59,958 nt of DNA, filler included, from 7 parts of 7 records of this genome joined end to end with filler, not necessarily neighbours in it; one strand, 5' to 3'. Shown: positions 30,807 through 42,168, numbered from the whole stretch's first letter. The notes: generated by a model from the letters alone, not told the origin. Made by a program: numbers and translations.

Positions 30807-31699
30807 ATGAAAAAGAAAATAACGCCGTTCCTGCTTTTATTCATATCTTTTGCATTAATTGCGGTGTTTAAAGGATATCCAATTTTATATTCGCTGGTTG
30901 GAAGTTTATTTGTAAAAGGCGCAGGAGGTGTTACCAGATTTGCTGGATTAGAAAACTTCAAAATGCTTTTTCAGGATCCAGATTTTATAAATTCGCTTTT
31001 GATGACACTGAAGTTTACATTGATTATAACCCCTATTCAAATTATCATGGCAGTAGGTTTAGCGCTGCTTTTAAACCGTGACCATGCATTGGCAAGGGCG
31101 ACAAGAACAATTGTGTATATACCAGTTGCAGTTAATTTAGTTGTAGCAGCTACCATTTGGAATCTTATGCTTAACCCGTCATCTGGCATAATCAACTCAT
31201 TGCTGAATATGTTTGGGATAGAATCCCAACCTTTACTGACAAGTTCAAAGCAGGCAATGTGGGTAATTATGATAGTATGCTGCTGAAAGGTGTAGCTTAC
31301 TGGATGATGTTTTTGCTGGCAGGGTTGCAGAATATAAATGACAGCATTTATGAATCTGGTAAAATAGACGGCACAAATGTGATCACTGAGTTTTTCTATC
31401 TGACATTACCGCTTTTAAAAAACTCATTGGTTTTTGTAGCAATTTCAGATACGATGATTAATTTATTTATGTTTGTTCCTGTATATATGTTAACGGAAGG
31501 AGGACCCCAAGGGTCTACAAACGTTTTAATGTATGAAGCATACAGGTCGGCATTTAAGTTTTCAAATTACGGCAGGTCATATGCAATAATAACTATATTG
31601 CTATTACTGACATGTGTAATTATCGGCATACAATTTTGGTTTCTAAGAGATAAAGATGAACCGAAAAGGATTGGAAAAAAACGAGGTAAAAGGGCATGA
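30807..31699 (+). CDS. Carbohydrate ABC permease 1 (frameshift near 31284)
   Basis: FAGLENF, GIINSLL then (W)KGVAYWMMFLLAGLQNI..YESGKIDG; expected TGG reads as TGA. Confidence 0.85.
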
Positions 31700-32550
31700 A
31701 AAGGAAAAACACAACACTAAGATTATTTTCAAATGCTGTTTACGTGTTTATAATAATCATAATTATTGCAGCTACATTGCTGCCAATATTTTTTGCACTG
31801 GGTTCATCTCTTAGATCTGATGAAGAGATATTTCACTATGCAACACCATTTACAATCAACACATTAGTACCTGTAAAGATAATGTTTGATAATTACATAG
31901 CGCTGTTTACTCAGTATTCTTTCTGGTTACCAATATTAAATTCTTTAATTGTTGCGATTGCTACAGTTGCTTTGGGCTTTATTGTAAATGCTTTAGCAGG
32001 ATTTGCATTTGCTAAGTTTAAATTTCCTGGAAGAAACTTGTTGTTTATTATCTATTTATTTTCGTTTATGATACCATTTGAGATGATAGCGGTGCCTTTA
32101 TACAAGACAGCAGAAGGGCTTAATCTAATCGATACATATGCAGCTTTGATACTGCCTATGGTAGCGAATGGAATGATAGTGTTTTTATATAGACAATTCT
32201 TTATGGATATCCCTGACAGCTTGATTGAGGCTGCTACTATAGATGGAGCAGGATTTATGAGAATATTTTTTCGAATTATAGTACCTGTATCAAAACCTGT
32301 TATAATCAGCGCAAGTCTTATGCTATTTATCAAACAATGGGATGCGTTCTTATGGCCTATGATAGCAACAACAAAAAACAGTATGAAGGTTATTCAGGTT
32401 GCAATAAGCAATTTCACTCTTGAATTTACTGTACTATGGGGAGTTATATTCGCAGCTACAATTATTGCTATAATTATCCCTGTATTGACATTGATACCTT
32501 TGCAGAAGTATTATATAAAAGGAGCAGTGACTTCTGGATTGAAGGGCTGA
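31696..32550 (+). CDS. Carbohydrate ABC permease 2
   Basis: AGFAFAKFKFPGR, IPDSLIEAATIDGA, WDAFLWP, GLKG end. Confidence 0.93.
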   Translation: MKRKNTTLRLFSNAVYVFIIIIIIAATLLPIFFALGSSLRSDEEIFHYATPFTINTLVPVKIMFDNYIALFTQYSFWLPILNSLIVAIATVALGFIVNALAGFAFAKFKFPGRNLLFIIYLFSFMIPFEMIAVPLYKTAEGLNLIDTYAALILPMVANGMIVFLYRQFFMDIPDSLIEAATIDGAGFMRIFFRIIVPVSKPVIISASLMLFIKQWDAFLWPMIATTKNSMKVIQVAISNFTLEFTVLWGVIFAATIIAIIIPVLTLIPLQKYYIKGAVTSGLKG

Positions 32551-34350
32551 TTGTGCAGTCTTATGATTGAGTTTTTAAACAAAATAATAAATAGCAAACT
32601 TAGAAATAAAGTATGGCTGGCGTTTATGCTTTTAAGCATAACGCAGGTCATGATTATTGGAGTTGTAATTTATTTGTCTAACTCAAAAATAATAGTAGAT
32701 AGTGAAAAATCACATCTGGAACAGCTTATAAATACAGTTAATCAAGACTTAGAAAGCAGGATAGAGGCGTTTAATGCGGATGCACTAAATATAGTAATTA
32801 GTGACGAAATTAAGCAAAATCTGAATCTCGATACCGAGCTTGAAATCGGAATCGCAAAAAGAGATATAATTAATTATTTAAACAGTAAGACTATAAGTAC
32901 TTATGGATATCTTGATATTTCAATAATAGATATGGATTTAAATACATATAGCGTCAGGGCGACGTATTATCTGCCGGAGGACTTTGATATAAGGCAAACT
33001 AAGGCTTTTAAAGAAGCAGAGAAATATAACGGAGGGTTAATTTGGGTCAGCAGCAATGACTTAAATCAGCTTTATGCAAAGGACTCTATCCTTCTAAAAC
33101 CATTAGGCGGCATTTCAGGAGCAGCTGTTATTAAAGATTATGTCAGCAACGAGATAAAAGGTTTATTAATACTGGTGATTAAGGATAAATATTTTAGAAA
33201 TATGGAGTATTCAAACGAGGAATTAGAGAATGTGGTTTTCTACCTCGTTTCCCCTGATAATTCCGTGATAATACCTATGAATTCAGATGGGGGTGAACTA
33301 GAACAGGATATACTTGACAAAATTAATACACAAGAAAAAAGAGGGTCTTTTATCCAAGAAAAAACAGACGAACGAGATGAATGTCTGGTATCTTACATAC
33401 AAAATGATGCTATGGGATGGCATTTGGTTTCAATAAGTACTTCTTCTGAGTTGGCGGCTACCTTTAATCAAACTGTATCAATTCTGCTAGTTACACTTAT
33501 ATTATCGTTGGTTGCATGTTTCTTTTTAGCAAGCGGTATATCAGGGTATGTTACAAAGGGATTAAAAGCTTTATCAGAAAAAATGCGGCGTGTAGGAAAA
33601 GGTGATTTTGGCGCACGAATCAATACAGGCAGATTAGATGAGATAGGTCGATTATCTAATGTGTTTGATGCTATGGCAGAGAATACAAACAGATTGATTA
33701 AGCAGAAATATGAGCAGGAATTAATGACAAAAGATGCAGAGTTCAGAGCTTTGCAGGCACAAATTAATCCGCACTTTCTGCACAACACATTGGACATGAT
33801 AAATTGGAGGCTAATAGAAAAAGGTGAAGAAGAAGTTAGCCAGTCAATAGTCGCTTTAGGCAATTTGCTAAGATATTCTGCTGAAAGCAAATCTTTAAAT
33901 GCCTCTGTAGAAGAAGAGATAAACAATGTAAAGGATTATCTATATCTTCGCCATGCAAACAGTAAAAATATGTTTGAATATCAGATTAATGCGGATGATG
34001 CAAATGGCATTACCTTGCCGAAGTTGACATTGCAGCCAATTGTTGAGAACTCTATAATCCATGGATTTGCAGGTAGAAAAAAAGGAAACATTGTCAATGT
34101 AAATGGCAGGCAGGAAAAGGATTGTTATATTATTAAAGTAAATGATAACGGTCTGGGAATGACAAATGAACAAATAAGCAGTATAGAAGCAGGGGATTAT
34201 AAATTATCAGATAAGAGAAGTCACATTGGGCTAAAAAATGTTGAGCAAAGAATAAAACATCTGCATGAAAACAGTGAATTTCACATATTAAGTGAATTTG
34301 GGCATGGAACAACTATAAAAATAGTAATTCCTATAAAAAAGAGAGATTAA
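32551..34350 (+). CDS. YesM/LytS-type sensor histidine kinase
   Basis: Two TM segments, HAMP, LQAQINPHFLHNTL, LQPIVENSIIHG, DNGLGM. Confidence 0.93.
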   Translation: MCSLMIEFLNKIINSKLRNKVWLAFMLLSITQVMIIGVVIYLSNSKIIVDSEKSHLEQLINTVNQDLESRIEAFNADALNIVISDEIKQNLNLDTELEIGIAKRDIINYLNSKTISTYGYLDISIIDMDLNTYSVRATYYLPEDFDIRQTKAFKEAEKYNGGLIWVSSNDLNQLYAKDSILLKPLGGISGAAVIKDYVSNEIKGLLILVIKDKYFRNMEYSNEELENVVFYLVSPDNSVIIPMNSDGGELEQDILDKINTQEKRGSFIQEKTDERDECLVSYIQNDAMGWHLVSISTSSELAATFNQTVSILLVTLILSLVACFFLASGISGYVTKGLKALSEKMRRVGKGDFGARINTGRLDEIGRLSNVFDAMAENTNRLIKQKYEQELMTKDAEFRALQAQINPHFLHNTLDMINWRLIEKGEEEVSQSIVALGNLLRYSAESKSLNASVEEEINNVKDYLYLRHANSKNMFEYQINADDANGITLPKLTLQPIVENSIIHGFAGRKKGNIVNVNGRQEKDCYIIKVNDNGLGMTNEQISSIEAGDYKLSDKRSHIGLKNVEQRIKHLHENSEFHILSEFGHGTTIKIVIPIKKRD

Positions 34351-34351
34351 T

Positions 34352-35557
34352 ATGAATATTGTTATAATAGACGACGAAGCTGTAATATGCAGCGGACTTG
34401 AAAATATTATCAAAAATGCACAAAACGATTGGCAGGTATATGAAGCATATACCGATGCTGAAGAAGCACTGGAGTTTTGTGATTGGGACAGTGTAGATTT
34501 ACTTCTGTCGGATATTAATATGCCTAATATTGATGGGCTGACACTGGTTGATGTTTTAAGGGACAGAGGACATGACTTACAGGTTATATTCATAAGCGGC
34601 TACACTGAATTTAAGTATGCCCAAAAGGCGCTGCAGCAAAAGGCAATAGATTATATTATCAAACCTGTTTCTGTAAAAGATTTAAAGCATGCTATCATTA
34701 AATCTGAAAAATTGCTTATTCATAAAAAGAAAATGCAGAATGATGAGCACTTCATTAGAAATAATATTAAATCAATAACAAAAAACTTTATCTATGATAT
34801 GTTGTTTGAAACCAGAAGGCTTAGCAAGCAGGAAGTAGAAGAGGGTATAACTTTCTGTAAGCTGAGTGATACAAGACTTTCACTTATTAGTTTTATGCTG
34901 GATAATACTGAAGAAGCGAACAAAGCTATACATAACCTTGATAAGGACGATACCGATATCTTTCTGTATATCAGTAAGAGCGGATATAACGTTATAGTTA
35001 TCTGCGAAAACAAGAAAGGGTATTCAAAAATTGATTACATCATGGAATGGATAAAAAAGAACTGTTCTAACATAATTATAGGAGAAACCAGATTTACAGA
35101 AAATATTTTTGAGCTATCAAATATTAATTATGAAATGATGTCTCAATACAAAAGCGGCACAGTAGATTATAAAATTATAGGTACCCGTGTTAACTCGTTA
35201 TATAGCAGCCAAAATAAGGAAGAATATTCACCGCATGTGATTAGTGCAATTGAATATATAAAGGAACATTATTCAAAAAGGATTTCTTTGTCCAGTTTAG
35301 CTGAGGAATTATATGTGCATCCCACTTATTTATCTAATTTGTTTAAAAAACAGATAGGTACAAATATCGTGGATTTTATTAATAACTATAGAATAGAAGT
35401 GGCAAAAGATTTGCTAAAGGATTCGAGGAACAAAATCTATTGGGTTGCCGAAAGGGTTGGATTTGCGAACCAGAGATATTTCAGCCAAAAGTTTAAAAAA
35501 ATAACTGGCTGTACTCCTGTAGAATACAAACAGAAGGCTTTCTTTAGATATAATTAA
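34352..35557 (+). CDS. YesN-type response regulator (receiver + AraC HTH)
   Basis: IIDDE, DINMPNIDGL; C-terminal YLSNLFKK...VGFANQRYFSQKFKK. Confidence 0.93.
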   Translation: MNIVIIDDEAVICSGLENIIKNAQNDWQVYEAYTDAEEALEFCDWDSVDLLLSDINMPNIDGLTLVDVLRDRGHDLQVIFISGYTEFKYAQKALQQKAIDYIIKPVSVKDLKHAIIKSEKLLIHKKKMQNDEHFIRNNIKSITKNFIYDMLFETRRLSKQEVEEGITFCKLSDTRLSLISFMLDNTEEANKAIHNLDKDDTDIFLYISKSGYNVIVICENKKGYSKIDYIMEWIKKNCSNIIIGETRFTENIFELSNINYEMMSQYKSGTVDYKIIGTRVNSLYSSQNKEEYSPHVISAIEYIKEHYSKRISLSSLAEELYVHPTYLSNLFKKQIGTNIVDFINNYRIEVAKDLLKDSRNKIYWVAERVGFANQRYFSQKFKKITGCTPVEYKQKAFFRYN

Positions 35558-35596
35558 TCATGTAGAAAATAAGGAGTATACAGAAAGAAGAGATAA

Positions 35597-35821
35597 ATGA
35601 AAGTAGACAAAAAATATGCAGGGATATTAACAGCTTTAATTATGTCAACTTTGATGGCTACGGTAATGTCTTTTGCATTAACTTTAATTAATATTGGGTT
35701 TAATTCGTCATTATTAAAATCATTTTTAAAAACCTGGAGAGCAGCAATATGTGTTGCCTTGCCTACAGGATTAATTTTAATGCCGTTAGTAAAGAAAATT
35801 GTAAGCAAGATAATAGAATAG
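35597..35821 (+). CDS. DUF2798-like small membrane protein
   Basis: 74 aa, two hydrophobic segments, MSTLMATVMSF...W...ALP pattern; RBS present. Confidence 0.65.
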   Translation: MKVDKKYAGILTALIMSTLMATVMSFALTLINIGFNSSLLKSFLKTWRAAICVALPTGLILMPLVKKIVSKIIE

Positions 35822-35845
35822 AGGTACTATGCTCACATAGATTTT

Positions 35846-36553
35846 TCAATGCATTTTATTGTTCAAAATAAGCATTATACAAACAATTGCTAACCCAGTT
35901 AAGAGCAGCATTATGTCGCCGAATTTTATACTATAATCTTTATACGATGTCTTTTTATGCAGGCTTTTAATGCCGCGTGTAAGGCTGGCTGCTGTTAGTT
36001 CGTCAGCAATTCGCGCAGTACGCATCAAAAGAGGGACCAAAATGTACTCCATCTGCTTAAGCGGGTGCAATAAGCCTTTAATACCCACAGGCATGCTGCG
36101 GATTGCCATAGCGTCCTTAATTGAAATGAATTCTTCTTTTAAGGTTGGAATGAACCTAAGTGTTACAGCTAAAGGAATAACAATAGTACTAGGCACACCA
36201 ATCTGCTCAAGTGATTTAATTATGTCGGTTACCTCTGTTGTCATATAAAATACTGATGCACTTGCCACCATAAAACCAACACGGGTAAATGTTTCAAACA
36301 ACACACCAAAGGATTTTGCTGTTTCTGAGTCATTTTTCAATAATAATACCGCCAAAGCAGTCAGTAATATGCCAGATAATGCAAGAAGCAATGCGGCTTT
36401 ATAGCGACCAATAGCCAAAAGAAAAACAGAAAAAATTAGCCAAGGCAGCAGGTTAATTAATGGGGAAGACATAAAGAATGTTCCTGTTATTAAAATAAGT
36501 ATAAAAGATAGTTTAATAAGCGGATGCCTTTTTTTGCTCCATTCAAATATCAT
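35846..36553 (-). CDS. ECF transporter transmembrane T component
   Basis: LRFIPTLKEEF..IKDAM..R, LTAASLTRG. Confidence 0.9.
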   Translation of the reverse strand: MIFEWSKKRHPLIKLSFILILITGTFFMSSPLINLLPWLIFSVFLLAIGRYKAALLLALSGILLTALAVLLLKNDSETAKSFGVLFETFTRVGFMVASASVFYMTTEVTDIIKSLEQIGVPSTIVIPLAVTLRFIPTLKEEFISIKDAMAIRSMPVGIKGLLHPLKQMEYILVPLLMRTARIADELTAASLTRGIKSLHKKTSYKDYSIKFGDIMLLLTGLAIVCIMLILNNKMH

Positions 36554-37992
36554 TAGCTGCTCCGTTCTGTCAATTTATAATCCTGCGAGATTTCTCCGTC
36601 CTGTATTTTTACAATACGGGTACATACACGATTTAATAACTCATTGTCATGGGTGATAACAAAAATTAGTTTACCTAATACAGCTTGTTCATGAATAGCT
36701 TCAGCTACCATAGCCATATGGCAATAGTCCAGACCGCTTGTGGGTTCATCCAGAAAAAGAATATTCTTGTTATGCGCAAGCATTGCGGCAATAACAAGCC
36801 GTTGTTTTTGACCGCCTGATAAAGAACCGGGATGTCTTTTAATCAGGCCTTCAAGGCTAAGCTGCGTTAACACTTTTTCTACTAATTGATCATTTTCTTC
36901 AGCTTCTTCACGACCAAGCGTAACCTCTTGCTCTACGCTTTCTGAAAACAGCTGATAATCAGCATCCTGCATCACAAAATATGATTGTTTAATGCGCTCC
37001 TTTGGAGTTGTATTTATGCCATTAATCAATATGCTGCCATCAATTTGTTTTAAAAGACCACACAATACTTTGGTCAAAGTTGTCTTACCAGTACCGTTAT
37101 CACCAATTAATCCAATGATTTCTCCGCCACATGCTTTAAAAGATATTTTATTTAATAATAATTCTTCATTTTTATACCCAAAAGATATTTTATTGCAGTA
37201 AAGTTCAATGCTTTTATTTTCGGGTATAGATTTGCTTCCCTTTTTAATATCCTCTATATTTATGCTGCGAAGACCATAGGAATTAAGTTCTTTTGTACTT
37301 ATTGTGTTTATTCTCTTGTGGTCTGCCTCCCAGCATATTGCTCCATCATTAATTAATATCAGCTTGTCTGCAGCGTCATATAAATAGTGCAGTCTGTGCT
37401 CTGCAATTATAATGGTGTGACCTAACTGTTTTAACTTAAGTATTAATTTGCCCAATGCTAATGTAGAGTGAAAGTCAAGATTTGCAGAAGGCTCATCAAA
37501 TACAAGTATTTTGGGCTTCATTGCAATTGCTGAGGCGATTGCTATTTTTTGTTTTTCACCGCTGGATAATGAAAACACACTTTTGTCACGTAAATGTTCA
37601 ATATCCAGAAGTGTAAAAACTTCATCTATCCGACGTTTTATTTCCTCAGAAGGCACACCATAGTTCTCCATTGCAAAAGCAACTTCGCTAGTTGTATTTG
37701 TAGTAAAAAACTGGGAGCGAGGGTCTTGAAATACGCAGCCGCACAAAGGGCTTGCTTCCCAATGACTATGGTCAGTTTCTTTACCATCAATTAATATGCT
37801 TCCTTCAATATCTGCTGGATACAGGTTTGGAATAAGGCCGTTTATACACCTTGTTACTGTGGTTTTTCCGCAGCCGCTTTTTCCGGATATCACAGTACAA
37901 GAACGTTTTTTTATTGTAAAGTCAATATTTTCTAAAGCGTAATCTTTACCTTCTGGAAATCTAAGATAAAGATTATTAAAGTTAATTGTCAC
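36553..37992 (-). CDS. ECF transporter dual-domain ATPase
   Basis: Two Walker A motifs (GKSGCGKT, GDNGTGKT), FQDPRSQFF, QDADYQLF. Confidence 0.93.
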   Translation of the reverse strand: MTINFNNLYLRFPEGKDYALENIDFTIKKRSCTVISGKSGCGKTTVTRCINGLIPNLYPADIEGSILIDGKETDHSHWEASPLCGCVFQDPRSQFFTTNTTSEVAFAMENYGVPSEEIKRRIDEVFTLLDIEHLRDKSVFSLSSGEKQKIAIASAIAMKPKILVFDEPSANLDFHSTLALGKLILKLKQLGHTIIIAEHRLHYLYDAADKLILINDGAICWEADHKRINTISTKELNSYGLRSINIEDIKKGSKSIPENKSIELYCNKISFGYKNEELLLNKISFKACGGEIIGLIGDNGTGKTTLTKVLCGLLKQIDGSILINGINTTPKERIKQSYFVMQDADYQLFSESVEQEVTLGREEAEENDQLVEKVLTQLSLEGLIKRHPGSLSGGQKQRLVIAAMLAHNKNILFLDEPTSGLDYCHMAMVAEAIHEQAVLGKLIFVITHDNELLNRVCTRIVKIQDGEISQDYKLTERSS

Positions 37993-38573
37993 GTTGTTAC
38001 ACCAGCTTTAATGAAATGCTTCTTCAATAGTATAGTACCAAAAAAGCCGCCTGCTGCAGAGCATACACCTACTGCTATAGAAGTAAGAGCAATTGCTGTG
38101 TTTGTCAAGTTTTCAGCGGCCTGCTGTTTATGTGTAGCCATACTTCCTGAAAACAATGATAGAAACCAGTCTGTTAGTAAAATAAAAAATAGTGATTGCC
38201 CTATATATAAACCAATGGAAAAAACAATATACGCTAAGATAATTTTTATCTTAGAGTTAAATGTTCCTGCAATACGATCCGCAATAAAGCCTGCAATCGG
38301 ACAAATTATTAACATGCCATATAGCCCCATCATCAACGAAAAAATAATTGCGTGTATCATTCCGCTAATTAGGAAAACGCCTCTTGCTGAAACTTTTGTT
38401 GCAAGCAGTAAAATAACCGAGCCGTTAATAAGTGCTGCAATACAAGGAACAGCAAAAATATGCAGTATAGGTACTGGCAAGGTTGCAATTCCTACAAGAA
38501 GATAAATGACTATGGCTACTGCATTGAACAGACCAATGGAAATTAGGCTTTTTATTGATAGTTTTTGTTGCAT
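37989..38573 (-). CDS. MptD-family putative ECF S component
   Basis: KLSIKSLISIGLF start, LLKKHFIKAG end, ~6 TM. Confidence 0.85.
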   Translation of the reverse strand: MQQKLSIKSLISIGLFNAVAIVIYLLVGIATLPVPILHIFAVPCIAALINGSVILLLATKVSARGVFLISGMIHAIIFSLMMGLYGMLIICPIAGFIADRIAGTFNSKIKIILAYIVFSIGLYIGQSLFFILLTDWFLSLFSGSMATHKQQAAENLTNTAIALTSIAVGVCSAAGGFFGTILLKKHFIKAGVTT

Positions 38574-38626
38574 TTTACACCTTTCTAATAAATACTTTAA
38601 AAATTGTCGTAATAATGTTAAAATAG

Positions 38627-38644
38627 AGTTAGCATAAGCTAACT
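38627..38644. promoter_or_regulatory. DtxR-family operator box 1
   Basis: AGTTAGC-ATAA-GCTAACT perfect 7-bp IR between the ECF operon and araC. Confidence 0.7.
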
Positions 38645-38814
38645 AAAGTATAGTATGTGTTATTTGTCCTGTCAATGAATTGTGAAAAATGAGTTGCAAA
38701 AGCTATATAGCAAAAAATGTAATTATAAGTGGTGTTTAATTAAATATTAGTGTAATTTGCTGACCTAATCAGTACAAAAAAATATCTTATTTGTATATAT
38801 TGAGGTGATAATAT

Positions 38815-39804
38815 ATGGATAGCATGTCTTTGCAGGAGAGTTTTTTCTCGCATATGGAAAATTCGGGGTTCAGTCTTGATATTAACAATTCTGAAAAATA
38901 TAATATGAAGTTTATAATGAATAAAGCACATGGAGATGGGCTAGTTGAAGTATATAACATTGATAACATGTTTTATATTATTATGGCAGATTATACGCCT
39001 TATAAAGAGGTTACGTTGTCATATAAAATATCACAGCCATTTCTTGAGATATCATACTTTGAAACAGATTCAATTTACTACACAGAGCGTAATCTTGGAC
39101 GTCAAAGAATGAATAAAGGCATACATTGTTATATAAGCACAAACAAAAAGGGATATATACATTATATGCCCAACAAGAGAGTTAAGTATATTAAAATTCT
39201 AATCTCTCAGGAACATGTATATGACTATCTGCAATCATTATATGGTAATGAGTATTTAATCTTAAGAAAAGCTTTTGAACACATTAGCTGCAATCCGAAT
39301 TTCCCTCAGCTAAAATATATATTTAATCAAATCAAAAGCTGCTGTATAAAAGGACAAACAAAGCAAATTTATTTCAGGGCAAAGATACTGGAAATGCTGG
39401 CTTTGATTACTCATTATTTAGAACAGAAAAAGGTAGAAGATACTTTTGTAAGATTGGACAGAAAGGATATGAATAATATAAAAACTATTGCTAAATTGCT
39501 TGAAAGTAATTTGGGTAAAACGCCTAAGCTCGAAGATTTATCAATGCAGGCAGGCATGAGCGTTAGTCGCTTTAAAAGAGCCTTTAAAAAGGTGTATGGT
39601 ATTACGGCTTTTGAATATTTAAGGAGTGTTAGGATGAATGCGGCGATTGACTTACTTAAAAAATCTAATGATACAATATGCGAAGTATCAAAACAAGTAG
39701 GCTATACAAATCCTGGACGTTTTTCTGCACATTTTAAAAATGCATTTAACTTAAGTCCAAAAGATTATAGAGCACTTTCTCGGTTACCTGTTAAAACCAG
39801 TTAA
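38815..39804 (+). CDS. AraC family regulator (PchR-like)
   Basis: C-terminal FKRAFKKVYG, VGYTNPGRFSAHFK HTH. Confidence 0.9.
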   Translation: MDSMSLQESFFSHMENSGFSLDINNSEKYNMKFIMNKAHGDGLVEVYNIDNMFYIIMADYTPYKEVTLSYKISQPFLEISYFETDSIYYTERNLGRQRMNKGIHCYISTNKKGYIHYMPNKRVKYIKILISQEHVYDYLQSLYGNEYLILRKAFEHISCNPNFPQLKYIFNQIKSCCIKGQTKQIYFRAKILEMLALITHYLEQKKVEDTFVRLDRKDMNNIKTIAKLLESNLGKTPKLEDLSMQAGMSVSRFKRAFKKVYGITAFEYLRSVRMNAAIDLLKKSNDTICEVSKQVGYTNPGRFSAHFKNAFNLSPKDYRALSRLPVKTS

Positions 39805-40286
39805 AAATGAACGGAGCAATGATTAAGTGCAAATGTACAATGTGTAACAGTATCAAAACCTAAATATCTCTATTTTCACGGAAAACACTAAAGTCATTCA
39901 AAAATATGATAAACATTAGTGCATAGAATATCAACGCTGAATCTTCTTGAAATAAGGCAACTTAAATTGCCAAACATTAGTAAATTTGCTATAATTGGAT
40001 ACAATAATTCAAAAAATTGATCATTTTTCGTTGTCTTTTTTGCTTTAAAAGATACTGCAGAAATATATTGAAATTTAAAGATGAAACGGATGATAATATA
40101 GCAAGTTATAGGTTTAGCAGCAGCTATATAATTATATTTAATTAGCCTTCATTTAATCTTGGTTTGGGCTCGTTAAAAAATACACAAAACGAAAGCATCT
40201 TCTTAAAATATATAATACGAAATGATGAAATTAAATGCCGAATCGGTATAGACATAAATTAAAAATTAGTTAAAGGAAAAGTGAAA

Positions 40287-40697
40287 ATGAAGTTATCCAA
40301 GTCACAAGAACATTATATTAAAGCAATTTACGAACTTTCTCATGGATCTGATGGTATTCGTTCATGTGATATCGCAAGTTTGATGCACTTGTCCAAGGCG
40401 AGTGTAAGTGTTGCTATGAAGAAACTCGTAAAGAAAGGATTGTTGGAAAAAGATGTTAATCATCATATCCATCTAACAGTTGCTGGCAAAAGGGAAGCGT
40501 TACGTATGATGGATAGTCTTAGATTAATCCAGCAGTTTCTTGTTGATGTATTACATGTAGATAAGGAGGTAGCAAAATGCGATGCTTGTGCCATAGAACA
40601 CGTTATCAGTATAGAAGGATTATGCTCTATCTGCCGATATTGCAAGAGAGATAAAGAATGTTCAGATAATTGTTTAATATCGCAGAGGGATGATTAA
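40287..40697 (+). CDS. DtxR/MntR family metal-dependent regulator
   Basis: SQEHYIKAIY, DIA..M.LSKASVSVAMKKL, DACAIEHVIS. Confidence 0.9.
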   Translation: MKLSKSQEHYIKAIYELSHGSDGIRSCDIASLMHLSKASVSVAMKKLVKKGLLEKDVNHHIHLTVAGKREALRMMDSLRLIQQFLVDVLHVDKEVAKCDACAIEHVISIEGLCSICRYCKRDKECSDNCLISQRDD

Positions 40698-40830
40698 GCA
40701 GAACGTTTTAAGCATACTATGGCATGTCATTTCCTTATGGTCAAAACCCTAGATCAATACTTGATATGCTGTATATCTCATATCCGTTTTTTGTGAATAA
40801 GAAGTCTATAATATCAGATTTGATAATGCT
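40698..40830 (-). pseudogene. Possible degenerate tyrosine recombinase remnant
   Basis: Broken frames read DFLFTKNG / RYTAYQVL*...MTCHSMLKTF, resembling YLF...R.QAY.IL...THSMRKTF of Firmicute integrases. Confidence 0.3.
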
Positions 40831-41093
40831 GCTTCTAATGAAGAAATGCTTTAAGTTAATAAGAATCTTGATTGCACAAATATAGGAATTAGCAGTTTGA
40901 AACAGTAGTAATAGGGTATAACATAAGTCACTAGAGATTAAATTCTAAATCATGTATTCTTACAACTAGATTTTTTTAGGTGTTTACTTTATTAAAAAAA
41001 CATGATATAATTTGCGTCGTGGTCTTAATAATACGGTTGTTGTTGATGAAAATAAATAATAAATAGAGAATAGAGGACTTTTTTTAAAGAACA

Positions 41094-41111
41094 AGTTAGC
41101 CGTTGCTAACT
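41094..41111. promoter_or_regulatory. DtxR-family operator box 2
   Basis: AGTTAGC-CGTT-GCTAACT. Confidence 0.7.
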
Positions 41112-41203
41112 CATATCATTTAACCAGAGTTCGATATATTAATATCAAAATACTTAATCAGAAACTACAAAAAAGAAAATGCGATGTTACTTTTCTGGAA
41201 ATA

Positions 41204-41223
41204 AAGTTAGCATAAACTAACTT
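41204..41223. promoter_or_regulatory. DtxR-family operator box 3
   Basis: AAGTTAG-CATAAA-CTAACTT just upstream of the RBS of the ABC ATPase. Confidence 0.7.
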
Positions 41224-41249
41224 ACAGGATTAGCAAGGAGATTATCTAC

Positions 41250-42068
41250 ATGTTGACAGCAAGAAATTTACAATTTAGCTATGGAAAAAAGCGTATCTTG
41301 CATAATATTAATTTTTGTGCAGATAAATCTCAAACAATATCATTAATTGAAGCCAAACGGTTCTGGAAAATCAACTTTGCTAAGATGTTTGTCAGGATTA
41401 TTGAAAACTACTGAACCTAGTATATATATTGATGGTCAACCTATTGAGCAGTTTAAAACAAAAGATATAGCCAAATATATTGCCTTTCTTCCCCAGTTTC
41501 AGGAAAAAATGAGCAGCATTTCTGTCTTTGAGTTAGTGTGTATGGGGCGTGCTCCCTATCAGGTGTCAGGATGGACGAGAACAAAGGAAGATAGAATAAA
41601 AGTTGATTGGGCAATGGAATACATGCAGGTTCAGGACATGAGAAATAGAATGATAAACACTTTGTCTGGGGGAGAAAAACAGCGAGTCTGGATTGCTATG
41701 ATTCTAGCACAGGATACACCCATTATACTTTTAGACGAACCTGTAACCTATATGGATATGAAACACCAATGGAATCTTCTAAACACAATTAATGATCTTA
41801 AAGAAAATTACAATAAAACAATTATTTCAGTTTTCCATGATATAAATCATGCTATTGAAACCTCTGATATGATTTATATGTTAAAAGAGGGCGAAGTTTA
41901 TTCTAGTGGTGCAGCAGCAGAAATTATTACAGAAAAGGCCATTAGAGGTGTATATGGGGTAAATGCATATGTTTGCAATTTTAAAAGATGCTGCAGACAG
42001 GTAGTTGTTCCCCAAAGCAGCAAAGGTAGTATTTCAAATATAAATAAAGAAAGTGAGTTTGCAATATG
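41250..42068 (+). CDS. Iron-chelate/cobalamin ABC ATPase (FepC/FhuC-like); frameshift near 41349, runs to contig end
   Basis: MLTARNLQFSYGKKRILHNI...LI / [32 protein letters not shown]. Confidence 0.88.
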
Positions 42069-42168
42069 NNNNNNNNNNNNNNNNNNNNNNNNNNNNNNNN
42101 NNNNNNNNNNNNTTAATTAATTAANNNNNNNNNNNNNNNNNNNNNNNNNNNNNNNNNNNNNNNNNNNN
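42069..42168. other. Artificial contig linker
   Basis: N44-TTAATTAATTAA-N44. Confidence 0.99.
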
